64,000 nucleotides of DNA from Centroscyllium fabricii (taxonomy: Eukaryota), in assembly GCA_051313645.2 (NCBI GenBank), contig JBNRSN020000002.1:123442001-123506000 (forward strand), in the 5' to 3' direction. Numbering within the stretch: the first letter of the stretch is position 1; every line of letters starts with the position of its first letter. Shown piece after piece: positions 1 through 11,000 of the stretch. The translations under genes were made by a program, and so were the position numbers. Below the pieces are notes generated by a model that had not been told where the DNA came from, ran no database searches, and saw only the letters and a program-made list of their open reading frames with translations.

Positions 1-1
1 G

Positions 2-1243
2 GACTGGGTGGCCTGTGGTGGTGATGTGGTGCTCTACGCCGTGCTTGGCGGAGCGGGCTGTGAAGGTTGGGTTGGTAAGGGCCGGGAACTCAGCGAGCAG
101 CGTGGCGTACGTGTCGGAGTTCCGGGCCCGGCAGTGGGCTGCTGCGTGGGTCTGGTGTGCTGGGCCTGCGGAGCAAGGGATGGTCGACATGAGGTGGATG
201 TCGACCAGACGGCGCCGGGTAACGTCGACTAGGAGCCCGTGGGCGCACAGAAAGTCGGCCCCGAGTACGGGTATGTTAACCTGCGCGGTAATGAAGTCCC
301 ACGTGTACCTGTGGCCTGCTAGTTTAATGGTAAGCTGGCGGGTACCGAACGTGAGTATCTCGGAGCCGTTTGCGGCTTCGAGTGGTGGGCCTTGGGTGCC
401 CTGCTTGGATTCTGCGGGAGAGGCTGGCACGATGCTGTGCTGCGCGCCTGTGTCGCAGAGGAAGCGGAGGCCTGAGACACTGTCTGTCACAAAGAGCAGC
501 GCTCCGGAGCGGCCGACGCACATGGTGGGGCCTGGGCTGGTTTGGGGTTTGAAGGTGCAGGGCGGGACGCAGCGCTGCGCTTTGGCCTCAAACCTGGTGT
601 GGTAGTAGCACCAGCCGGGTCCCGTGGCGCGCGGCTTTTTGTGGGTCTGCGCAGCTCTGAGTTGGGGCCGGGGTTGCGTGTAGTGCTGCTCTTGTTGAGC
701 GGCAGCGTGACGGTGCATGGTGGCGCAGGTGCGCTCTGCCTTAATAAGCTTGTCTGCCTCCTGAGCTAGCTGCTTGTTAGAGAGATGCTCCAAGACCGTC
801 AGTGTCGGTCTGATGGAGGGGGGCAGCTTAAGGAGGAAGAGGGCGCGCTTAAGGGTGGCCGGGTCGCGATTGAGCGCCTCGAATTGGGCCCACAAGTCGG
901 TGGGGTCTGAGTCTCCCAGGTCGGGGAGGTTAATGACCTGGCAATCGTGCTCGAAAATGGTTGGGGTAAATTTTTCAAGCAACGCGGCCTTTAGCGATTC
1001 GTACCTGCCAGCAGTAGTATCTTGCTCGATGGTGTCCCACATTCTGTCGATGGTGGACTGTGCAAGGGCTGCAAAGAGCAGGCTGTAGCGATCGTCTCCC
1101 TGCACGCCATAGATGCGGAAGGTGTTCTCCGTGTTGAGAAACCAAGCCACTGGACGGAGCTCCCAGAACTGCGGTAGGGCTGGGATCTGGAGGTAGAGGT
1201 GGCCCCGTCTGCCTTGGCGTGCTGGTTCGTTCCCTGCTGGCAT
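2..1243 (-). CDS. Gypsy gag-pol polyprotein, N-terminal part (open to the window edge; absent from the ORF track)
   Basis: ATG at 1243. My translation gives MPAGNEP..LPQFWELRPVAWFLNTENTFRIYG..YESLKAALLEKF (gag), [32 protein letters not shown] (protease; Asp codon at 454, in frame with the ATG), ..PVLGADFL.., ..KHGVEHHITTTGHPV (just before RT). Confidence 0.82.
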   Translation of the reverse strand, partial: MPAGNEPARQGRRGHLYLQIPALPQFWELRPVAWFLNTENTFRIYGVQGDDRYSLLFAALAQSTIDRMWDTIEQDTTAGRYESLKAALLEKFTPTIFEHDCQVINLPDLGDSDPTDLWAQFEALNRDPATLKRALFLLKLPPSIRPTLTVLEHLSNKQLAQEADKLIKAERTCATMHRHAAAQQEQHYTQPRPQLRAAQTHKKPRATGPGWCYYHTRFEAKAQRCVPPCTFKPQTSPGPTMCVGRSGALLFVTDSVSGLRFLCDTGAQHSIVPASPAESKQGTQGPPLEAANGSEILTFGTRQLTIKLAGHRYTWDFITAQVNIPVLGADFLCAHGLLVDVTRRRLVDIHLMSTIPCSAGPAHQTHAAAHCRARNSDTYATLLAEFPALTNPTFTARSAKHGVEHHITTTGHPV

Positions 1244-1339
1244 GGTGATAGCGATTCCACTGAGGCAGCTTGGCCCTCAGTCCTGCAGCGACTGCTTCAT
1301 TGTTCCCTTGGGAATCGTCCCAAGTATCGAGGTCACCAC

Positions 1340-1623
1340 TGTAGAGGCATACAGGGACGAAGGACCACACTGGACACAGAGGATTCGGAAGATTAACTTT
1401 TAATGGTGTTACAGCTAGGGCCAGGTGGAAAAGAGACTGAGCCACCTGGCGTTCAGGTATTTAAAGGTCCCGCGGTTGGTGATGTCACTGCCGGTTGGCC
1501 ACGTGGTGACGTCATCACGTCGGGTATGCCGGCGACGTCCGTGCGTCACCCGACGGGCGGGGCCGTCTTGCAGCGTTCCTGGAGCGGATTCGTAGCTGCC
1601 GGTGGGCGTATCGCCACACTACA
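1340..1623 (-). repeat. 5' LTR (284 bp) of the Gypsy element
   Basis: On the minus strand it starts TGTAGTGTGG and ends CTCTACA. It contains a TTTAAAT TATA-like motif, an ATTAAA signal and a TGACGTCA CRE. Confidence 0.85.
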
Positions 1624-1817
1624 ATAATATCCAACTTATCCTCATCAGACACAACTGTAACTCCAATAATTTGATACTTCTTCTCAATACATTCATGAAT
1701 TATAACTAATATAAATTTCTAACTTTACTCTGGGATCAATCATTATGAACAGCAAGTTGTTATGTACTGAATTATTCAGAGATTTTGGCAAATGTTTCTG
1801 CTTTTTCATTATTACAG

Positions 1818-2000
1818 CTGACACAACTCCACCTCCAGAAGTCTCCTCTCCCTCAACATCGGCAACATCAAGATCACCTGCAACTACAACACTTTCATCT
1901 GATTCTACGACTACTATATCCAACTCACCCTCCACAGGATCAACAGACACTCCAACAGTTTCATCTCAGCCCTCGACACAGACACCAACACCTACTTCAC
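1818..2000 (+). CDS. Exon class A (183 nt, 61 codons: [60 protein letters not shown]); first of 28 copies
   Basis: Boundaries ttcattattacag|CTGAC ... ACTTCAC|gtaagt. Copies start at 1818, 4287, 5778, 7791, 9265, 11293, 13323, 14796, 16889, 19109, 20599, 22686, 28212, 29702, 31774, 33264, 35342, 40866, 42356, 44435, 45925, 48012, 53536, 55026, 57105, 58595, 61326, 62816 (each ends at start+182). Confidence 0.85.
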
Positions 2001-5000
2001 GTAAGTTCTAACTAAACTTATCCTACAATCATTCATTTTTGAATACCATGGGCTTTCATCGGCATAATTCGCACACTTGCTTCTAAGTATTTATGCTACT
2101 TGCACACCTGCAGCTCGCTCTACTAAGAACCCAATAGTTTCCTCTCATTCCTCAGTATCAGAAGCACTGACCACAAAGTCAATGCAAACGACAACAGTTT
2201 CATCTCCATCCCACACTGGATCAACAGCGGCAACCTCAGGTAAGCAATAATCACCGCTGTCAATACTCAGTGACGCTCAACATGGTTTCATTTTTATCGT
2301 CATATCTCAGAACTTCCTGCAAATATCTCCATTGCTTTAATTTCTACAGCAGGCACAACTGCAACTCTGACACCATCAGCTGCAGTCACATTCAAAATAG
2401 CATTTCAATACATTTTTGTTTGAACAGCCTTGACACAGCACTGTTTCCAGACAGAAAGTCGGCGGGTTTCGGCTGCTTAAGCAGCAGAGCCATTAGACGA
2501 CTGAAACCACAGAGATTGAGTGACAGTTGCTGCCTGTTTCACTGCCACAATACCTTACTACAGCTGTACAAGGCATTGGTGAGACCACACCTCGAGTATT
2601 GTGTACAGTTCTGGTCGCCTCGCCTGAGGAAGGATGTTCTTGCTATGGAAGGAGTGCAGCGGCGTTTCACCAGGCTGATTCCTGGAATGGCAGGAATGAC
2701 CTACGAGGAGAGATTATGTAGTCTGGGCTTGTACTCGTTGGAGTTTAGAAGATTGAGAGGCGATCTCATTGAGACGTATTACAGAGGGCGGTGGAGGCCA
2801 GTTCATTAAACATATTCAAGAGGGAATTGGATATATTTCTTCAAGCTAAAGGGATTAAAGGTTACGGAGAAAAGGCGGGGACGGGGTACTAGCTTGCTAA
2901 AGATCAGCCATGATCTCATTGAATGGCGGAGCAGGCTCGAAGGGCTGAATGGCCTACTCCTGCTCCTATCTTCTATGATTCTATGATTCTATATTATCAA
3001 AGAGGTCTATGACATCACAATGGTTACTCTAAACCACAGAGATTGAGTGACAGCTGCTGCCTGTTTCAATGGATAATCGAAGAGGTCTGTGACATCACAA
3101 TGGCTACTCTAAACCACGGAGATTGAGTGACAGATGCTGTCTGTTTCAATGGCTGCCTGCTCCAGAAGAGGCATTTCATTGAGACCTTAGGTGCTATCTG
3201 TCAAAACAGCCACAAGTTGAGTTTGTGACAGATTTTTGCCCACTGATCTTGTGCACCCTAGGGATACATTTAGTGCCGATACTGACTTGAGTCCAGGGAC
3301 GGCTTCTACTGCAGCGGCTTCAGGGATAGCTAGGAAGTCACTAGTGTCCCCGCCATGTTTCATTGGCAGGGTTTCTAGCTTGTGGGTTTTGTGTGGGAAA
3401 AGGCTGAAAATTAATCCCATCCCTGCCGGCCGCCGGTGGGAACGATTCAGGGCAGGTAGACATGGTGGTAGGAAATTACAAAGTGGCGGGGGGGGTGGGG
3501 TGGTCAAGACACTTCGTTTTTGCATTTATGCGGCCCGCCCTGTCGACAAGCCAGCCTCATGGCTCAATGTAAATTGACATCTTAATTTTTATTATAGATT
3601 CTGACATTCTGTTGATTATTCTCCCTCTCCTTTCCCATTTATAGTGGACTCAAACACAAATCCAAAGTCTTCATCGGTTTCGATAACATTAATATCTGAC
3701 TCAACCTCCCCAGAGTCAGCTGCAATTTCAACTCTTTCCTCCACACAGACGGCGACACATACTTCACGTAAGCAACAACTAAGTTCAGCATTAGACAAAT
3801 TATTGTTCATGAGCATTTATTGCTTACTTCTCTTTCTCAGACCTGATTACAAATGTCTCAGCATCTGCAAAATTGGCAGCAAACTGACCTGTAGCGCCAA
3901 CAGTTTCATTCTATCCTCCAAAGTGTCAACCACACTGACCTCAGCTTTGCAATAACTAATGTCAGACAGTCAGTGATCACTCCCAATACATTTAAACCTT
4001 TTGATCATTTCACAGATCTAACTTCAAATCACTCCCTGGTTTAAAAGTCGACAAGTGACATAAATGCCATTCCAACAATTCGAAAAGCTGCTAGAACAAT
4101 GTCCAACTCAACCTCATCAGAGACAACTGCAATATTTTGATCCTTCTTCTCAACAGTCTAATGAATAATAAATAATATAATCACCTTCTAACTTTACTCT
4201 GGAATCAATCATTATGAGCGGCAAGTTGTTATGTACTGAATTATTCAGACATTTTGGCAAATGTTTCTGCTTCTTCATTATTACAGCTGACACAACTCCG
4301 CCTGCAGAAGTCTCGTCTCCCTCAACATCTGCAACATCAGGATCACCTGCAACTGCAACACTTTCATCTGCTTCTATGACCACTATATCCAACTCACCCT
4401 CCACAGTATCAATGGACACTCCAACAGTTCCATCACAGCCCTCGACTCAGACGCCAACACCTACTTCACGTAAGTTATAACTAAATTTAGCTGACGATCA
4501 ATCAATTTTGAATAACATGGGCTTTCATCGGCATCATTCTCACACTTTTTTCTCAATGTTTCTGCATCTTCCATACCTACAGCTCGCTCAACTGAGAACC
4601 CAATAGTTTCCTCTACCTCCTCAACTACAGTATCAGAATCACTGAGCACAAAGTCAATGAATACGACGACATTTTCAGCTCCATCCAACACTGGACCAAC
4701 ATCGGTTACATCAGGTAAGCAATCATCAATGCTGTCAATACTCAGTGACTCTCAACATGGTTTCTTCCTTATCATCATGTCTCACAACTTCCTGCAAATA
4801 TCTCCATTGCTTTAATTTCAATAGCAGGCACAACTGCAACTCTGACGCTGTCAACTGCAGTCACATTCACAGTATCATTTAAATACATTTTAGTCTTGCT
4901 CCTAAATACATCATTGCTCTCACTGTGAATTATAAAGCCTTCTTCACTTCACAGAAGCTTCAGCTCTAATGACGTCAGAAACAACTGCAACAACAAGTAA

Positions 5001-8000
5001 ATCTTCAACAATTACATCAGTTATTTAGTGACTAAATCTTGCCTCTAATCAGTGATCACCAAGGAACACTTACTGTTTGTCATAGATTCTGACATTCTGT
5101 TGTATATCCTCCGTCGCCATTCCCATTTATAGCGGACACAGCCCCAAATCCAAAGCCTTCATCGGTTTCGACAACTTCCATACCTGACTCACCCTCCCCA
5201 GGATCAGCTTCAATTCCAACTCTTTCCTCCACACAGACGCCGACACCTACTTCACGTAAGCAATAACGTAGCTCTGCTTTAGACAGATTATTGTCAAAGA
5301 ACATTTATTACTTACTTGTCTTTCTCATACCTTACTCCAAATGTCCCTTCATCAGCAATATTGACAGCAAACTGACCTGCAGCACCAACAGTTTCATTTT
5401 ATCCTCCAAAGTGTCAACAACACTGACCTCAGGATTGCAATAACCAATATCAGACAGTCAGCGATGACTCCCAACATGTTTATTCCTCATGATTATTTCA
5501 CCAATCTAACTGCAAATCACTGCCTGGGTTAAATGTCTGCAACAGACATAACTGCCATTCCAACAATTCCAAATGCTGCTCCAATAATATCCAACTCAAC
5601 CTCATCAGACACAACTGCAACTCCAATAATTTGATACTCCTTCTCAATACATTCATGAATTATAACTAATATAAATTTCTTACTTTACTCTGGGATCAAT
5701 CATTATGAACAGCAAGTTGTTATGTACTGAATTATTCAGAGATTTTGGCAAATGTTTCTGCTTCTTCATTATTACAGCTGACACAACTCCACCTCCAGAA
5801 GTCTCCTCTCCCTCAACATCGGCAACATCAGGATCACCTGCAACCACAACACTTTCATCTGATTCTACGACTACTATATCCAACTCACCCTCCACAGGGT
5901 CAACAGACACTCCAACAGTTTCATCTCAGCCCTCGACACAGACACCAACACCTACTTCACGTAAGTTCTAACTAAACTTATCCTACAATCATTCATTTTT
6001 GAATACCATGGCTTTCATCGCCATAATTCTCACACTTGCTTCTAAGTATTTATGTTACTTGCACACCTGCAGCTCGCTCAACTAAGAACCCAATAGTTTT
6101 CTCTCATACCTCAGTATCAGAAGCACTGAGCACAAAGTCAATGCAAACGACAACAGTTTCATCTCCATCCCACACTGGATCAACAGCGGCAACCTCAGGT
6201 AAGCAATAATCACCGCTGTCAATACTCAGTGACGCTCAACATGGTTTCATTTTTATCATCATATCTCAGAACTTCCTGCAAATATCTCCATTGCTTTAAT
6301 TTCTACAGCAGGCACAACTGCAACTCTGACACCATCAGCTGCAGTCACATTCAAAATAGCATTTAAATACATTTTTGTTTGAACAGCCTTGACACAGCAC
6401 TGTTTCCAGACAGAAAGTCGGCGGGTTTCAGCTGCTTAAGCAGCAGAGCCATTAGACGACTGAAACCACAGAGATTGAGTGACAGTTGCTACCTGTTTCA
6501 CTGGATTATCAAAGAGGTCTATGACATCACAATGGTTACTCTAAACCACAGAGATTGAGTGACAGCTGCTGCCTGTTTCAATGGATAATCGAAGAGGTCT
6601 GTGACATCACAATGGCTACTCTAAACCACGGAGATTGAGTGACAGATGCTGGCTGTTTCAATGACTGCCTGCTCCAGCAGAGCCATTTCATTGAGAACTT
6701 AGGTGCTATCTATCAAAACAGCCACAAGTTGAGTTTGTGACAGATTTTTGCCCACTGATTTTGTGCACCCTAGGGATACAGTTAGTGCCGATGCTGACTT
6801 GAGTCCAGGGACGGCTTCTACTGCAGCGGCTTAAGGGATAGCTAGGAAGTCACTAGTGTCCCCGCCATGTTTCATTGGCAGGGTTTCTAGCTGGTGGGTT
6901 TTGTGTGGGAAAATGCTGAAAATTATGACCATCCCTGCCGGCTGCCGGTGGGAACGATTCAGGGTGGATAGACATGGTGGTAGGAAATTACAAAGTGGCG
7001 GGGGGGGTCAAGACACTTCGTTTTTGCATTTATGCGGCCCACCCTGTCGAAAAGCCAGCCTCATGGCTCAATGTAAATTGACATCTTAATTTTTATTATA
7101 GATTCTGACATTCTGTTGATTATTCTCCCTTTCCTTTCCCATTTATAGTGGACTCAAACACAAATCCAAAGTCTTCATTGGTTTCTGTAACATTAATATC
7201 TGACTCAACCTCCCCAGAGTTAGCTGCAATTTCAACTCTTTCCTCCACACAGACGGCAACACCTACTTCACGTAAGCAACAACTAAGTTCAGCATTAGAC
7301 AAATTATTGTTCATGAGCATTTATTGCTTACTTCTCTTTCTCAGACCTGATTCCAAATGTATCAGCATCTGCAAAATTGGCAGCAAACTGACCTGTAGCG
7401 CCAACAGTTTCATTCTATCCTCCAAAGTGTCAACCACACTGACCTCAGCATTGCAATAACTAATGTCAGACAGTCAGTGATCACTCCCAATACATTTAAA
7501 CCTATTGATCATTTCACAGATCTAAATTTAAATCACTCCCTGGTTTAAAAGTCGACAAGTGACATAAATGCTATTCCAACAATTCGAAAAGCTGCTAGAA
7601 CAATATCCAACTCAACCTCATCAGAGAAAACTGCAATATTATGATCCTTCTTCTCAACAGTCGAATGAATAATAAATAATATAACCACCTTCTAACTTTA
7701 CTCTGGAATCAATCATTATGAGCGGAAAGCTGTTATATACTGAATTATTCAGAGATTTTGGCAAATGTTTCTGCTTCTTCATTATTACAGCTGACACAAC
7801 TCCACCTGCAGAAGTCTCCTCTCCATCAACATCTGCAACATCAGGATCACCTGCAACTGCAACACTTTCATCTGCTTCTATGACCACTATATCCAACTCA
7901 CCCTCCACAGTATCAACGGACACTCCAACAGTTCCATCTCAGCCCTCGACTCAGACGCCAACACCTACTTCACGTAAGTTATAACTAAATTTAGCTGACA

Positions 8001-11000
8001 ATCAATCAATTTTGAATAACATGGGCTTTCATCGGCATCATTCTCACACTTTTTTCTCAATGTTTCTGCACCTTCCATACCTACAGCTCGCTCAACTGAG
8101 AACCCAATAGGTTCCTCGCCCTCCTCAACTACAGTATCAGAATCACTGAGCACAAAGTCAATGAATACGACGACATTTTCAGCTCCATCCAACACTGGAT
8201 CAACAGCGGTTACATCAGGTAAGCAATAATCAACGCTGTCAATACTCAGTGACTCTCAGCATGGTTTCTTCCTTATCATCATGTCTCACAACTTCCTGCA
8301 AATATCTCCATTGCTTTAATTTCTATAGCAGGCACAACTGCAACTCTGACACTGTCAGCTGCAGTCACATTCACAGTATCATTTAAATACATTTTAGTCT
8401 TGCTCCTGAATACATCATTGTTCTCACTGTGAATTATAAAGCCTTCTTCACTTCACAGAAGCTTCAGCTCTAATGACGTCAGAAACAACTGCAGCAACAA
8501 GTAAATCTTCAACAATTACGTCAGTTATTTAGTGACTAAATCTTGCCTCTAATCAGTGATCACCAAGGAACACTTACTGTTTATCATAGATTCTGACATT
8601 CTGTTGTATATCCTCCGTCGCCATTCCCATTTATAGCGGACACAGCCCCAAATCCAAAGCCTTCATCGGTTTCGACAACTTCCATACCTGACTCACCCTC
8701 CCCAGGATCAGCTTCAATTCCAACTCTTTCCTCCACACAGACGCCGACACCTACTTCACGTAAGCAATAACGTAGCTCTGCTTTAGACAGATTATTGTCA
8801 AAGAACATTTATTACTTACTTGTCTTTCTCATACTTTATTCCAAATGTCCCTTCATCAGCAATATTGACAGCAATCTGACCTGCAGCGCAAACAGTTTCA
8901 TTTTACCCTCCAAAGTGTCAACAACACTGACCTCAGGATTGCAATAACCAATATCAGACAGTCAGCGATGACTCCCAACATGTTTATTCCTCATGATTAT
9001 TTCACCAATATAACTGCAAATCACTGCAACAGATATAACTGCCATTCCAACAATTCCAAATGCTGCTACAATAATATCCAACTTATCCTCATCAAACACA
9101 ACTGCAACTCCAATAATTTGATACTTCTTCTCAATACATTCATGAATTATAACTAATATAAATTTCTTACTTTACTCTGGGATCAATCATTATGAACAGC
9201 AAGTTGTTATGTACTGAATTATTCAGAGATTTTGGCAAATGTTTCTGCTTCTTCATTATTACAGCTGACACATCTCCAACTCCAGAAGTCTCCTCTCCCT
9301 CAACATCGGCAACATCAGGATCACCTGCAACTACAACACTTTCATCTGATTCTACGACTACTATATCCAACTCACCCTCCACAGGGTCAACAGACACTCC
9401 AACAGTTTCATCTCAGCCCTCGACACCGACACCAACACCTACTTCACGTAAGTTCTAAATAAACTTATCCTACAATCATTCATTTTTGAATACCATGGGC
9501 TTTCAATGGCATAATTCTCACACTTGCTTCTAAGTATTTATGCTACTTGCACACCTGCAGCTCGTTCAACTAAGAACCCAATAGTTTCCTCTCATACCTC
9601 AGTATCAGAAGCACTGAGCACAAAGTCAATGCAAACGACAACAGTTTCATCTCCATCCCACACTGGATCACCAGCGGCAACCTCAGGTAAGCAATAATCA
9701 CCGCTGTCAATACACAGTGACGCTCAACATGGTTTCATTTTTATCGTCATATCACAGAACTTCCTGCAAATATCTCCATTGCTTTAATTTCTACAGCAGG
9801 CACAACTGCAACTCTGACACCATCAGCTGCAGTCACATTCAAAATAGCATTTAAATACATTTTTGTTTGAACAGCCTTGACACAGCACTGTTTCCAGACA
9901 GAAAGTCGGTGGGTTTCAGCTGCTTAAGCAGCAGAGCCATTAGACGACTGAAACCACAGAGATTGAGTGACAGTTGCTGCCTGTTTCACTGGATTATCAA
10001 AGAGGTCTATGACATCACAATGGTTACTCTAAACCACAGAGATTGAGTGACAGCTGCTGCCTGTTTCAATGGATAATCGAAGAGGTCTGTGACATCACAA
10101 TGGCTAATCTAAACCAGGGAGATTGAGTGACAGATGCTGTCTGTTTCAATGGCTGCCTGCTCCAGAAGAGCCATTTCATTGAGAACTTAGGTGCTATCTG
10201 TCAAAACAGCCACAAGTTGAGTTTGTGACAGATTTTTGCCCAATGATCTTGTGCACCCTAGGGATACAGTTAGTGCCGATGCTGACTTGAGTCCAGGGAC
10301 GGCTTCTGCTGCAGCAGCTTCTGTGATAGATAGGAAGTCACTAGTGTCCCCGCCATGTTTCAGTGGCAGGATTTCTAGCTGGTGGGTTTTGTGTGGGAAA
10401 AGGCTGAAAATTATGAATATCACTGCCGGCCGCCGGTGGGAACGATTCAGGGCGGGTAGACATGGTGGTAGGAAATTACAAAGTGGCGGGGGTGGGAGGG
10501 GGGTGGTGGTCAAGACACTTCGTTTTTGCATTTATGCAGCCCGCCCTGTCGAAAAGCCAGCCTCATGGCTCAATGTAAATTGACATCTTAATTTTTATTA
10601 TAGATTCTGACATTCTGTTGATTATTCTCCCTCTCCTTTCCCATTTATAGTGGACTCAAACACAAATCCAAAGTCTTCATCGGTTTCAATAACATTAATA
10701 TCTGACTCAACCTCCCCAGAGTCAGCTGCAATTTCAACTCTTTCCTCCACACAGACGGCGACACCTACTTCACGTAAGCAGCAACTAAGTTCAGCATTAG
10801 ACAAATTATTGTTCATGAGCATTTATTGCTTACTTCTCTTTCTCAGACCTGATTCCAAATGTCTCAGCATCTGCAAAATTGGCAGCAAACTGACCTGTAG
10901 TGCCAACAGTTTCATTCTATCCTCCAAAGTGTCAACCACACTGATCTCAGCATTGCAATAACTAATGTCAGACAGTCAGTGATCACTCCCAATACATGTA

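Larger units (their letters stand above)
1..1623 (-). mobile_element. Ty3/Gypsy LTR retrotransposon, 5' part (5' LTR, PBS, gag, protease), running off the window start
   Basis: LTR TGTAG...TACA at 1623-1340 is followed by the PBS-like TGGTGACC. Downstream are gag, zinc-knuckle-like and DTG protease motifs. The segment is GC/CpG-rich compared with the host DNA. Confidence 0.92.

Noticed and set aside
1693-1950. Recurrent minus-strand acidic/Val-rich ORFs ([17 protein letters not shown].., MLMNNNLS.., MFFDNNLS.., MLDGAENVV..)
   Set aside because: They are antisense shadows of the Ser/Thr codon-rich exons; splice signals and composition support the + strand.
1745-2011. 88-aa single-exon ORFs [28 protein letters not shown].. 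as a family of small secreted peptides
   Set aside because: The hydrophobic N-terminus is the translated polypyrimidine tract, the ATG is lost in several copies, and the ORF stops just after the GT donor.
3187-3335. Possible inverted ghost exon (minus strand ttcctag|CTATCCCTGAAG...AGCAC|ctaagttct) or + strand S/T-rich ORF
   Set aside because: The phase does not match the other exons, there is no GT donor, and stops or indels occur in several copies; the evidence is too weak.
6463-6665. CRISPR-like repeat/spacer pattern
   Set aside because: The whole 80-bp unit repeats with no unique spacers, there are no cas genes, and the context is eukaryotic.
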